A model generated the notes under the pieces. It was not told the DNA's origin, did not search any database, and was given only the letters and a program-made list of their open reading frames with translations. A stretch of DNA of 64,000 bases from Bacilli bacterium (GTDB lineage Bacteria; Bacillota_I; Bacilli_A; RFN20; CAG-826): NCBI GenBank assembly GCA_035647455.1, contig DASRNI010000028.1:9154-73153 (forward strand). The letters run 5' to 3'. The first letter of the stretch is position 1, and each line of letters opens with the position of its first letter. This document shows positions 41,566 to 50,960 of the stretch, in pieces. Made by a program: the position numbers and the translations under genes.

Positions 41566-42722
41566 TTTTTAGGTTTCTTTTTTTGCGCTCGTAGTCGCTT
41601 ATCGCGATACATATAATCATCAATTTCGATGAGAATTTCGACAACTGATTTGTCGGAAGATTTTTCATAGATAGTAAAACCAACACTAAAATCAAGTGCA
41701 ATATCTTTTGTTAATCGTGGCACATAGTTTTTGAGTTCATCGCGCATAAACTTAATATAATCTTTGATTTCCTTTTCGTCACTAATTTGTGAAATAATGA
41801 CGAATTCATCACCGCCAAACCGAAATACCGAATCGCCATTTTTACGAATGATGCGGAGATAGTCAGCAAGTTCGTGTAAAACATTGTCACCGACAAGGTG
41901 TCCGTGAGTATCGTTAATATTTTTAAAGCCATCAATATCAAGCATAAAAACAGTAAATTGTTCATCTCGTCGCATTGAATTTATTTTTTTGCGTAAATTC
42001 ATTGTTAAACTACGACGATTGTATAACCCGGTTAAATAATCTGTTGATGCATTTGAATGCTGGATATTCATCGCTAAAATTACGAAAGACAACACAATCC
42101 CCATAATAGTTAAGGGGAAATAATAAAGTGACGGATGCATTTGAATAACTGAACCGACCGCGGGAAGAAGCACAAGCATCAATAAAATAAAACTTTCGTG
42201 GCGTCCAATTCTAATCCAATTGCGTAAAATAACGACGATAGACGCGAGATAATACGCTAGTGAGAATATAAAAAAGAGACTAATAAACTTGCCAGCAACA
42301 TAATCTCCGTTAGCCAACTGCAAATAAATGTTTGTCCCTGGTATAAAAGAAATACCAACTAAAATGATATTAATAGCATTAACAGTAAAAAAAGCATAGT
42401 AACAATGTTTACCGATTTTTGTCATTGTTTCGGTGATAAAACAAAATGTAAGTCCAGCCACTACCGGTAAGGTTATAATTGATAGAACAAAAAACATGCC
42501 ATTTATCGCAACTGGAAACGCAATTGTTTCTGTCGAGACAAGACGCAATCCTGTACCCGAAATAATTAAGACGATTACGGAGTAAAAAATAAAACGTAAG
42601 GGTGTATGTATTTTATTAGTATGATCAAACTGTTTCCGCAAATAAAAAAAACTAACCGACAGAATGATTAAGTGAAATATTGAGCTAAATATATATGTTA
42701 ATGTGGATAATCCTAAGTTCAT
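41562..42722 (-). CDS. Membrane-anchored diguanylate cyclase (multi-TM sensor + GGDEF)
   Basis: 386 aa with about 7 TM segments. GGDEF domain RFGGDEFVII. An I-site-like RxxD is present (RRDE). Converges on ntpD. Confidence 0.85.
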   Translation of the reverse strand: MNLGLSTLTYIFSSIFHLIILSVSFFYLRKQFDHTNKIHTPLRFIFYSVIVLIISGTGLRLVSTETIAFPVAINGMFFVLSIITLPVVAGLTFCFITETMTKIGKHCYYAFFTVNAINIILVGISFIPGTNIYLQLANGDYVAGKFISLFFIFSLAYYLASIVVILRNWIRIGRHESFILLMLVLLPAVGSVIQMHPSLYYFPLTIMGIVLSFVILAMNIQHSNASTDYLTGLYNRRSLTMNLRKKINSMRRDEQFTVFMLDIDGFKNINDTHGHLVGDNVLHELADYLRIIRKNGDSVFRFGGDEFVIISQISDEKEIKDYIKFMRDELKNYVPRLTKDIALDFSVGFTIYEKSSDKSVVEILIEIDDYMYRDKRLRAQKKKPKN

Positions 42723-42845
42723 TTCCGTACGTTACCTTTTGTAGTATTCATTACTAATAATATCATATTATTAGAAATTATTTGATAAATGTATTGTTTC
42801 CGACCGTTTCCATAATCGCCGCTTTATATTTTAGACTAATAGCAA

Positions 42846-44579
42846 CTAATCAGTTTCCTCATTTTGTTTTTTACTGATTTGTCTTTTTTTACGCCATTCT
42901 TTAATGAGCAAAACTAGAAATACAATTAGAGTTCCAATTAAGTAGCCACTAAAGTTAATAGCAATGTCAACAATATTGCCAGACCGTCTTGGGACGAAGT
43001 ATTGAATAAATTCACTAACAGCAGCAATAAAAAGACCGACTGATAAACTTAAAGCCATGATGATTTTGTGATTTTTTTTTGTTAGTAATAAAAATGTAAT
43101 ATATCCAAGTAAACCATTGACAAGAAATAAAGAGAAGTGACCAACTGCTTTGCGCACAAAGGCATGAAAATCACCAAAGTTACCATCATTAATGAATGCC
43201 AAAGGTGTGATTTCAAACGTCATTTCTGCAGTGAGCGACGGATTTGCGACACTTTTAGCAGTTATTGTAACTGTACCTTCTTTGCGCCCTAAAAGTACGC
43301 CATTAGTCCCAACTGAACTAACAGTTGCAATGCTATCATCACTAGAACTATAAATAACTTCTTGATTAGTAACCGTTAAACCTTCAGGCAACAGCGTCTC
43401 ATCATAACTTAACTCGGCGGTAATATTTCGTTTTTGGCCAACATCGATACTAAGTGTATTGTTCGTTTTTGCTAGTGAGAGTTTTGTTGGCAGAACTTCA
43501 TTAACGTTAATGGAAAAGCTGAAGTCGGGGATGAATTCATTGTTTATGCGAAAGTTACTATTAATATAAACATCAATTGTTGTTGAGCCGGCTAATTTTG
43601 TGCCATATAAATAATACTTTTGATCGTGAGTGTCGTAGTAAACTGAAGCAATCGCTTCATTTTCCGCAACAAAAGTGAGCCCATTGTCAATTAGTTGTGC
43701 TTCTTCAATAACAGCACCATTTTTCAAAAAGGTGGGTAGAAGTTCTGTTTTTTGGTAAATGTAGTATGGGAGCGGATCATCACTTACTGCGGCAAATGTT
43801 ATTTCTTCCGCAAGTAAAACAGCTTCGGCGGTAACATTGATTAAGAAACGCGCTTCGGGCTTTCCTTCAATACCAACATAAGTACTACCAACTTGATGCG
43901 TGCTAATCACACCATATTTATTAACTGTAGCAATACTTTCATCATCGCTATAATAAGGGATTGTTGTTAAATCATATTCATGATTATAAAGCGTGTTTGC
44001 AGCAATGTAATCTTCGCCCTTTTTAATAAAAACATCGATTGTTGTTGATGAATAAAGTGCTAATTCACCATTATTATCGCGTAATTCCGCACTATAATCG
44101 GCTGGTGGTCCTTTTGGAACAACAGAAACAAGAAAATTGAAAACACTGTTGTTACTGGCAATAAGAGCGGTTATTTCAACGTTATCCCCAAGTTCACGCG
44201 CTTCAAGATAACCACCTTGTGTTACTCTGACAATCGACTCGTCACTACTTGTATAATTAATGCCACGGTCAGTTGGTTTTTCTGGAGTAAAGAGTGGTGA
44301 AATTCGCCTTGTAATTCCCACCGGAATAAAATAGTGGTCATTATTATTTAAAACCTTATTATCACTTGTTGAAAAAACAACACTTTCTACGGTTATTATT
44401 TCCGGTTCACGAGGCGGTGTAGCGACGTTAATTATATTACCGAAAACAGATGCAATAAACTGTGAACGCAACCCAGAAGGTCCACCAGAAAGCGTCGATT
44501 CGAAAATAATTAGTCCATTAATAAATACATATAAGGACAAAACAAACCACTTTGCGTTATTTTTCAAAAATTTTCTCAT
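42846..44579 (-). CDS. Membrane protein with N-terminal TM, about 3-4 extracytoplasmic Big_2 (bacterial Ig-like) domains and a C-terminal VanZ-like membrane domain
   Basis: 577 aa. Big_2 repeats SDESIVRVTQGGYLEARELGDNVEITA, SDDESIATVNKYGVIS..., SDDSIATVSSVGTNGVLLGRKEGTVTITA. VanZ motif ...SEFIQYFVPRRSGNIVDIAINFSGY. Confidence 0.6.
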   Translation of the reverse strand: MRKFLKNNAKWFVLSLYVFINGLIIFESTLSGGPSGLRSQFIASVFGNIINVATPPREPEIITVESVVFSTSDNKVLNNNDHYFIPVGITRRISPLFTPEKPTDRGINYTSSDESIVRVTQGGYLEARELGDNVEITALIASNNSVFNFLVSVVPKGPPADYSAELRDNNGELALYSSTTIDVFIKKGEDYIAANTLYNHEYDLTTIPYYSDDESIATVNKYGVISTHQVGSTYVGIEGKPEARFLINVTAEAVLLAEEITFAAVSDDPLPYYIYQKTELLPTFLKNGAVIEEAQLIDNGLTFVAENEAIASVYYDTHDQKYYLYGTKLAGSTTIDVYINSNFRINNEFIPDFSFSINVNEVLPTKLSLAKTNNTLSIDVGQKRNITAELSYDETLLPEGLTVTNQEVIYSSSDDSIATVSSVGTNGVLLGRKEGTVTITAKSVANPSLTAEMTFEITPLAFINDGNFGDFHAFVRKAVGHFSLFLVNGLLGYITFLLLTKKNHKIIMALSLSVGLFIAAVSEFIQYFVPRRSGNIVDIAINFSGYLIGTLIVFLVLLIKEWRKKRQISKKQNEETD

Positions 44580-44701
44580 AAACTATATTAAATAATAGCG
44601 TATTTATTTAATTTTTTAAATAAAAAACTATTAGTGTTATAGGTAAAAATAATCAAAAACTATGTTAAATTAATAAAGGTATCCAGCACAAGGAGAGTTT
44701 T

Positions 44702-46102
44702 ATGAAGAGAAAGTCGATTAAAAAAATATTACTACTTGGAGTCTTTTCGAGTTTATTAATTCTTTCAGGTTGTAATATTGATAGCAGTTTAAGTTCACTG
44801 TCAAGCGAAAGTACGGAAGAGCAAAAAGAATCATCAACAACTAGTTCAGTAGCGACGAATGAAAGTTCGGAAATTGTTACTGAAAGTAGTGAACCGATTG
44901 AAGAAAGCACGGAAACAATTACAGAAAGCAGTGGAACTACTGAAGAAAGTACGGAATCAACACCGGCGGACACGGAAGAAACGAGTACAGAACCAAGTTC
45001 TAGCGCTGAAGAACAAACAAGTGTTGAAGAAGGAAGTTCAAGTGAAAGTAATGAATCTTCTGAAGAAGAAATTGAGCCAACTTATTTTATTGATGATGAA
45101 TTTGATCGTGAATATGCGTATCGCGATTATGATTTAGAAACATATGTACCGCTAACTGACCCATATACTCATATTCAAACAAAGTATGACCGTGCTGATT
45201 TTTATAATTATGATTATCACCGTGCGACATCTTATGAAGACGCCGTTTTCAGAACAAAGCACGGACTAATTTCAGGAGATATTAAAGATACACCAGAAAA
45301 TTATAGTTATGACATTAACCATCTCCCTGACCGTAATTACCGCAACTATGCAAGTTACCGGGTTAATGAAGGTGTTTACGAATATGATCAAGCAGGCGAA
45401 TTCTTGTCATACACAATTAATAATGTCGCAGGCAAAACAAAGAAAATTTACTACGGTGCCGGTTATGTTACGCTGGAAGACGTTGCCGCATATTTATTTG
45501 CGTTTGCGGAAGCACCGGCAAACGTTCATAACGCTAAAAACAAAAGCGCTCAAACCGCAATTATAAACACATGGGGTGAATACGGCCGTGTTAATAATAG
45601 TTATTATAGTTCCGACACAACGCATTATTTATATGAAGCCGAACTCCCTGAGACAGATAACGGCTTAGGCAAAGATAAAAACACGCATCTTGATTATTTT
45701 GAAATGGATTTTGGCTTTACCCAAACACCATGGGGATACGGTGAAGAAAGTTATGAACCATACAATAACGGTAACTCAATTGTTCGTGGCACAGTTCGTT
45801 TTGTTTATACAGCAAGACGGCAACTTGATGAAAAACTTGGAGCAAAATACATTCCAATCGAAAGACGTCACGTTTTCTTAACATTTAATCATTATAATGA
45901 CTTTATCGAGTATTTAAATTATGAAAATGGTTGGGGCGTTCCTTTTGGGTGGATGTCAGCAGGCAATGACTATGTTGCAGGAATGTCACGCAGTAAATAT
46001 GGACCGGGATATTATGACTTTATCGACCCGTATCCACAGACAAGTTATCCGGTTCCGACAATTAAGTCGCTTACCGGCTTACAAACAATAATTAATCGTT
46101 AA
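44702..46102 (+). CDS. Surface lipoprotein: S/T/E-rich acidic linker, Tyr/Asp-rich middle region, and a C-terminal domain of the barnase / RNase Sa (microbial guanyl-specific ribonuclease) family
   Basis: Lipobox ...LLILSGC. Linker ESSEIVTESSEPIEESTETITESSGTTEESTES... The C-terminal domain parallels barnase: VAAYLFAFAEAPANV...KSAQTAII.TW (cf. VADYLQTYHKLPDNYITKSEAQALGW); YEAELPE (cf. NREGKLP); FEMD (cf. catalytic READ); RGTVRFVYT (cf. RNSDRILYS); FLTFNHYNDF (cf. catalytic-His DHYQTF). Confidence 0.5.
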   Translation: MKRKSIKKILLLGVFSSLLILSGCNIDSSLSSLSSESTEEQKESSTTSSVATNESSEIVTESSEPIEESTETITESSGTTEESTESTPADTEETSTEPSSSAEEQTSVEEGSSSESNESSEEEIEPTYFIDDEFDREYAYRDYDLETYVPLTDPYTHIQTKYDRADFYNYDYHRATSYEDAVFRTKHGLISGDIKDTPENYSYDINHLPDRNYRNYASYRVNEGVYEYDQAGEFLSYTINNVAGKTKKIYYGAGYVTLEDVAAYLFAFAEAPANVHNAKNKSAQTAIINTWGEYGRVNNSYYSSDTTHYLYEAELPETDNGLGKDKNTHLDYFEMDFGFTQTPWGYGEESYEPYNNGNSIVRGTVRFVYTARRQLDEKLGAKYIPIERRHVFLTFNHYNDFIEYLNYENGWGVPFGWMSAGNDYVAGMSRSKYGPGYYDFIDPYPQTSYPVPTIKSLTGLQTIINR

Positions 46103-46107
46103 CAAAG

Positions 46108-46136
46108 ACGGGCATGAGCAAATGCCCGCTTTTTAT
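46108..46136 (+). terminator. Rho-independent terminator after the lipoprotein gene
   Basis: gacgggcat-gagca-atgcccg followed by CTTTTTATT. Confidence 0.7.
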
Positions 46137-46181
46137 TAAGTTTATTATTTATAATAACGAAAGAGAGCGGAGGAACAAAGA

Positions 46182-47204
46182 GTGGCAAAAATAACTGGAT
46201 TACATCATGTAAGTGCAATTACAAGTAGTGCACAAAAGATTTATGACTTCTTTATTGATATTTTAGGAATGAGACTTGTTAAGAAAACGGTTAATCAGGA
46301 TGATATTAAAACTTATCACCTATTTTTCGCTGATGATGTTGGTTCAGCAGGAACAGATATGACATTTTTTGTTTTTGAAGGCATTCCCCGTGCTAAGTTT
46401 GGAACAGATGAGATAATGCGTACGTCATTTCGGGTTCCAAGTGATAAAGCACTTAAATATTTTGTGTTACGATTCGATGCATATAATGTTAAACACGACG
46501 GAATAACGACATTGTTTGGGCGTAAGTTTCTCTTTTTTGAAGATTTTGACGGTCAACGCTACGCGCTTGTTAGCGACGAAAAGGTTCAAGGAATCCCTGG
46601 CGGTATCCCCGTTATTAAAAGTCCAGTACCAGAAGAGTACGGTATTGTTGGCTTAGGGCCGTCATTTTTACGGGTCCAAAATGAATTGCTCATGGACACA
46701 GCACTTGTTGATGTATTAGGTTTCCGTAAAATTGAAACGGTTGCTGACAAAACACTTTACGAAGTTGGTTTAGGCGGCAATGGTGCGGCGATTATTGTCG
46801 TCAAAGATAGTGAGAGCCCGTTATCACGACAAGGCTACGGTTCTGTACACCACATTGCTTTCCGTGTTGATAATAAAGAAGATCTATTAAACTGGATTCC
46901 GCTGCTTGAACAAGTGCGCGCACCACATAGTGGTTATGTTGATCGCTTTTACTTTGAATCGCTCTATGCTCGGTTATACCCACAAATATTATTTGAATTT
47001 GCAACGGACGGGCCCGGATTTATTGATGATGAAGAAAGTTATGAAGTGCTTGGTGAAAAACTAGCTTTGCCCCCGTTTTATCGTGACAAGCGGAGTTACG
47101 TGGAACGGACTGTGCGTCGCTTCCAAACAACACGGCATAATGAAGAAGCTATAAAGGAAGACATCAATTATTTAAAAAATCTCTTAAAGGACGAAGAAAT
47201 ATGA
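46182..47204 (+). CDS. Ring-cleaving dioxygenase of the VOC/glyoxalase superfamily (B. subtilis MhqE/MhqO/MhqA-like)
   Basis: N-terminus ...GLHHVSAITSSAQKIYDFFIDILGMRLVKKTVNQDD..YHLFFADDVGSAGTDMTFF closely parallels the Mhq-type dioxygenase N-termini. Two VOC modules. Confidence 0.75.
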   Translation: MAKITGLHHVSAITSSAQKIYDFFIDILGMRLVKKTVNQDDIKTYHLFFADDVGSAGTDMTFFVFEGIPRAKFGTDEIMRTSFRVPSDKALKYFVLRFDAYNVKHDGITTLFGRKFLFFEDFDGQRYALVSDEKVQGIPGGIPVIKSPVPEEYGIVGLGPSFLRVQNELLMDTALVDVLGFRKIETVADKTLYEVGLGGNGAAIIVVKDSESPLSRQGYGSVHHIAFRVDNKEDLLNWIPLLEQVRAPHSGYVDRFYFESLYARLYPQILFEFATDGPGFIDDEESYEVLGEKLALPPFYRDKRSYVERTVRRFQTTRHNEEAIKEDINYLKNLLKDEEI

Positions 47205-47794
47205 TTCACCATTTTATTAATAAGAACCATAAGTATACATTTGTATTACTGCACGGAACGGGAGCCGATGAGTTCGATTTAATCCCTCTTGCGGAAAATG
47301 TTGCGCCAGATTATAACATTTTAAGTTTACGTGGCCGCGTGAAGGAAAACGGGATGAACCGTTTTTTTAAGCGTTTAACAATCCATAAATTTGATTTAGA
47401 CAGTGTCCGTGAAGAAACAGCATATATTTTAAATTTTTTGCATGAAGCAAAACAAAAATATGCGATCGACAACTTTGTCTTTCTTGGTTATTCAAATGGT
47501 GCCACAATGATTAGCTCCTTTTTACTTGAAGACCAAGCTTTAATTAAAGGAGCAGTTTTACTACAGCCGGGTTTGCTTAAAACGCCACTAACTTTCCCAC
47601 AAAATAATGAATTATCGGTCTTTATTAGCGTTTCCAATAACGATCCATATTTACCTATTAGTAGTCAAAAACAATTGATTAATGCGCTAAATACGAGCTT
47701 TAGCGTTGCAATTAGCCGTCATGAAGGTGGTCACGGATTGCCGCAAACAGTTTTCACGGATTTATATCAATTCTTAAAAATAACGTTTAATTAA
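47201..47794 (+). CDS. Phospholipase/carboxylesterase-family alpha/beta hydrolase (MhqD-like)
   Basis: 197 aa. Nucleophile elbow FLGYSNGA (GxSxG). Overlaps the dioxygenase gene by 4 nt. Confidence 0.65.
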   Translation: MIHHFINKNHKYTFVLLHGTGADEFDLIPLAENVAPDYNILSLRGRVKENGMNRFFKRLTIHKFDLDSVREETAYILNFLHEAKQKYAIDNFVFLGYSNGATMISSFLLEDQALIKGAVLLQPGLLKTPLTFPQNNELSVFISVSNNDPYLPISSQKQLINALNTSFSVAISRHEGGHGLPQTVFTDLYQFLKITFN

Positions 47795-47797
47795 TTA

Positions 47798-48073
47798 TTA
47801 AAAGAAGACATGAATTGCAAAGGCAAATGCTAAAAAGGCCAAAACAGCATAAGCAATAATAATGTTTCGATAAACTTTTCGTATTTTAATGTTTTTCGGA
47901 ATGTAATAAAAATAAGCAACTGAAAATGGCACGAAAAATATGAGTAAGGAAGTGGTGAACTTCGGTTTAACTTTTATGAGTGTAAGTACGCGTAATAAAA
48001 TTATCACGGGAATAAATGTTAAGAGAACAAAGTAAAACGATATATGAAAAACAGAGACAAGTGGATCAAACAT
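47798..48073 (-). CDS. Small 3-TM membrane protein (91 aa), hypothetical
   Basis: ATG overlaps the stop of the upstream micro-ORF (ATGTTTGA). Strongly hydrophobic. Confidence 0.4.
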   Translation of the reverse strand: MFDPLVSVFHISFYFVLLTFIPVIILLRVLTLIKVKPKFTTSLLIFFVPFSVAYFYYIPKNIKIRKVYRNIIIAYAVLAFLAFAFAIHVFF

Positions 48074-48194
48074 TTGTGTTATCTCCCTTATAAAACAAGA
48101 AACCAAAACCAATAAGCGGAATAATTACAAGCAAAAATGCGCGGAAAATTACGTATAACACCGCGAACACAATAAATGTGTGTAAGAAAATCAT
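48066..48194 (-). CDS. Hydrophobic micropeptide (42 aa, 1-2 TM), hypothetical; not in the ORF track
   Basis: MIFLHTFIVFAVLYVIFRAFLLVIIPLIGFGFLFYKGDNTNV. Starts 5 nt after the metallophosphoesterase stop. Its TGA overlaps the next ATG. Confidence 0.3.
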   Translation of the reverse strand: MIFLHTFIVFAVLYVIFRAFLLVIIPLIGFGFLFYKGDNTNV

Positions 48195-48198
48195 AATT

Positions 48199-49188
48199 CT
48201 AGATGTAATAGTCACTTGTTAAGTCTCCGTATAAAATATATGTTGAAAGTTTCTTATCACTATCAATATCGATTACTCGTGCGCCTTCTTGCAGTTTACC
48301 GTAACTATTAAAGCCACTATTTTGCCCGTATCCAAGTAAAACTCCTTCATGGTAAAAGGCAAAGTTGTTTTCATGGTCATGACCAGCAAACACAGCATCA
48401 GTGACCCCTTGACGGACAATAGCATCAAACATCCCTGTATCAAGTGATTGTGGGTAAACGCTTTCGTTAACTTCCCCAACAACGCCACCGCTATCAATAT
48501 ATTGTTCATACTCTAAATACTGGATTAATGGTACATGCATAAACATTGTTGAGCGCGTATTAAGTAAAACGTCTTCGTTTGTTTTTGCTTCATACCAAGC
48601 AATTTGTGCAGCGCTAAAATATTCGTAACGCGAAACACCTTCACGCTTGAAAGTGTGTTGTTCAGTTTTGGAGTCAAGCATATAAATGTTATAAAACGGC
48701 TCATCGTTATATGTAAAGTTAATCGAGAAGTTACCAACCCCACCATCTTCTAGTTTTGGCCCCGTTTTGAAGAGTAAACGCTCCGGTTCAGCGCTTTCTA
48801 CAGCCGCAAGTAGCTTACTATAGTCATGATAATCATTGTCATGATTACCGAAAACAAAACTCCAATCAACGTCTAAACTTTCCATATGTTCAGTTAGTTG
48901 TTTATATAGTCGCGGAGCACTTATTGATAAAGTTTGGTCACCTGAAAAAACAACAAGATCTGGACTTGTGGAATTAACGATTGTTTGGATTAAGTTTAAT
49001 GTTTTATGATCATAATTATCAAATCCGTATGTAAAGTGTGTATCGGTAAATTGAACAACGCGAAGTGAAGGCTTTTCAAGAGTGACGTAAAAGGGCTCGT
49101 CATCAGTATATGTGACGTCAGCTTTATTACACGCTACCAACAGTAGCGGTAAGAGCAATAAAACACCTAACTTTCGTTTTTTCATCAT
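48199..49188 (-). CDS. Calcineurin-like metallophosphoesterase lipoprotein
   Basis: Lipobox LLLVAC. Motifs ...VFSGDQ, GNHDND and GHDHEN. Overlaps the GNAT gene by 4 nt. Confidence 0.8.
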   Translation of the reverse strand: MMKKRKLGVLLLLPLLLVACNKADVTYTDDEPFYVTLEKPSLRVVQFTDTHFTYGFDNYDHKTLNLIQTIVNSTSPDLVVFSGDQTLSISAPRLYKQLTEHMESLDVDWSFVFGNHDNDYHDYSKLLAAVESAEPERLLFKTGPKLEDGGVGNFSINFTYNDEPFYNIYMLDSKTEQHTFKREGVSRYEYFSAAQIAWYEAKTNEDVLLNTRSTMFMHVPLIQYLEYEQYIDSGGVVGEVNESVYPQSLDTGMFDAIVRQGVTDAVFAGHDHENNFAFYHEGVLLGYGQNSGFNSYGKLQEGARVIDIDSDKKLSTYILYGDLTSDYYI

Positions 49189-49733
49189 AAATACGTTTTG
49201 TGATTAAGTAATGTATATTCGAGTTTTGTTAATTCGTACATTACAAAAACATACTCCTTATTTTTTACACTTTTTTTATAAGTATCGACTTGGCGCATGC
49301 CGAGCTTCTCCATTATTTTCCAACTAGCTTTATTGTCATAAATAGCTTCAGCATGAATAACGGGAACATTAAGCGTAAGAAAGCCAAACGCTAAAAGCCG
49401 TGCGGCAACTTCGGTTCCATAACCTTCGTTCCAATACGTATCATCAAAAACCCAGCCAAGGGTAGGTGGTTCTTTTTCATCTTTAAAATAAATACCACAG
49501 GCGCCGATGACTTCTTTTGTTTTTTTGCGTGTTGCAAGAAAATCGAACGATAATCGTGGCGTTTCTTTGTTTTTTTGGACGACAAGGTTTATAAATGATT
49601 TTGTTTGCTCAATTGTGTTCGGTCCCCACTCCATAAAGCGGACGACATTTGGCTTTTCTGCATACTTTTGAATAGCAGTAACGTCATCAAGTTTTATCGG
49701 GCGTAAAATCAATCGTTTTGTTGCTAATAGCAT
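49185..49733 (-). CDS. GNAT-family N-acetyltransferase (RimJ/RimL-like)
   Basis: 182 aa. ...RLILRPIKLDDVTAIQKYA... and ...WNEGYGTEVARLLAFGF (acetyl-CoA binding region). Confidence 0.75.
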   Translation of the reverse strand: MLLATKRLILRPIKLDDVTAIQKYAEKPNVVRFMEWGPNTIEQTKSFINLVVQKNKETPRLSFDFLATRKKTKEVIGACGIYFKDEKEPPTLGWVFDDTYWNEGYGTEVAARLLAFGFLTLNVPVIHAEAIYDNKASWKIMEKLGMRQVDTYKKSVKNKEYVFVMYELTKLEYTLLNHKTYL

Positions 49734-49838
49734 ATTATAATTATAGCGGAAAAACAGGCAGAATATTTTTGCACACTTTCAAAACTTAAATTTACGCAAA
49801 TATGTCGTTTCTTGATAAAATGAAAGGGAGGGACAAAC

Positions 49839-50894
49839 ATGCAAAAAAGAAAATTAATTTTTATTCTTATGACCACACTTTTAATAAGTGGATGTAATAA
49901 AAATAAAGAAAGCAGTTCTCTTGTTTCAAGTAGCTCATCAATTAACGAACCAACTACTTCGGAAAAAACTACCACAGAACTAACGAGTAGTAGTGAAATT
50001 ATTGATCAGATTGAAGAACAAGAAAGAATTATAACAGCATTTCATAATCTTTATTTAGCACCTGCAGTTCGTTTCATAACGAGCGCTCCAGCTTTAACGA
50101 TGGAAGAGAAAGTTTATTCAAACCTTAATCAGGTCGTGGAAGAAGAAACGCACGAGATGAGTTTAAGTGCGCACACAGAAATAACTGATCGGGCGAATGA
50201 AGACGTCACATTTAAACAAGAAATGAATGTAGAACTTAATGATGACAGCATGTATTTACTCTCTTACTACGCTTTAGAAACACTTTATTTAAGTTTTGAA
50301 GATAATGACGGGAATGTTGAGACAAATGCTTTTCCCGGCATGACTCTTTTAAAATATTTATTTGGCAATGAACAAAGTGATGAACTTGACCTTACTTTTA
50401 TTGATGCTTTTATCACAGAAAGTGAAAGTGGTGAAATAATTGCTGAAGGCGATCGATTGCTATATTCACGTCAAATAACAAACGATCAAATCGCGACGCT
50501 TTTAGCGCAAGTTATAATCATGGGAAATTCCGAGCAAAATGAATCTAGTGAACAACTTTTAGTGATAGCGTTAAAAATGATTCTCGAAAACTATTTTAAT
50601 TTTGAAGAATTTACGATGCTTGTCATAGTTGACGATGAAAATAATATTGAAGAAATAACGTTTGATTTTGCCCTGGAAGTGACTTTTTTAGAAGACTTAT
50701 CTTTATTTGATGATTTAACTTTGAGCCCCGAAGCAATCTTTGAGTTGATTGGAAAATTGCTAACTGCAAAAACAGGCGAGCGAAGAGAAGCACTCATAAG
50801 CGGAGAACTTCGCACAATAATTTCAATCAAGGATAGCATTGATATTGTTGCCCCTGAAGATTTCACTGATTATTTACCCCAAGTTGACGATTAA
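49839..50894 (+). CDS. Acidic lipoprotein, function unknown
   Basis: Lipobox ...LLISGC. Ser/Thr-rich linker. D/E-rich body with no recognisable catalytic motif. Confidence 0.55.
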   Translation: MQKRKLIFILMTTLLISGCNKNKESSSLVSSSSSINEPTTSEKTTTELTSSSEIIDQIEEQERIITAFHNLYLAPAVRFITSAPALTMEEKVYSNLNQVVEEETHEMSLSAHTEITDRANEDVTFKQEMNVELNDDSMYLLSYYALETLYLSFEDNDGNVETNAFPGMTLLKYLFGNEQSDELDLTFIDAFITESESGEIIAEGDRLLYSRQITNDQIATLLAQVIIMGNSEQNESSEQLLVIALKMILENYFNFEEFTMLVIVDDENNIEEITFDFALEVTFLEDLSLFDDLTLSPEAIFELIGKLLTAKTGERREALISGELRTIISIKDSIDIVAPEDFTDYLPQVDD

Positions 50895-50960
50895 TAAATT
50901 TTCGCTTTAATTGGTTTAATTAACTGAACATACTACAATATAAAAGTATAGGATTTTATT

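Noticed and set aside
44665-45137. Ser-rich antisense ORF (44665-44973, minus) and Lys/Arg-rich alternate-frame ORF (44859-45137, plus) over the lipoprotein linker; possible tandem repeat or CRISPR-like periodicity.
   Set aside because: Both are by-products of the GAA/GAG/AGT-rich degenerate repeats that encode the acidic S/T/E linker. There are no identical direct repeats with unique spacers, so this is not a CRISPR array.
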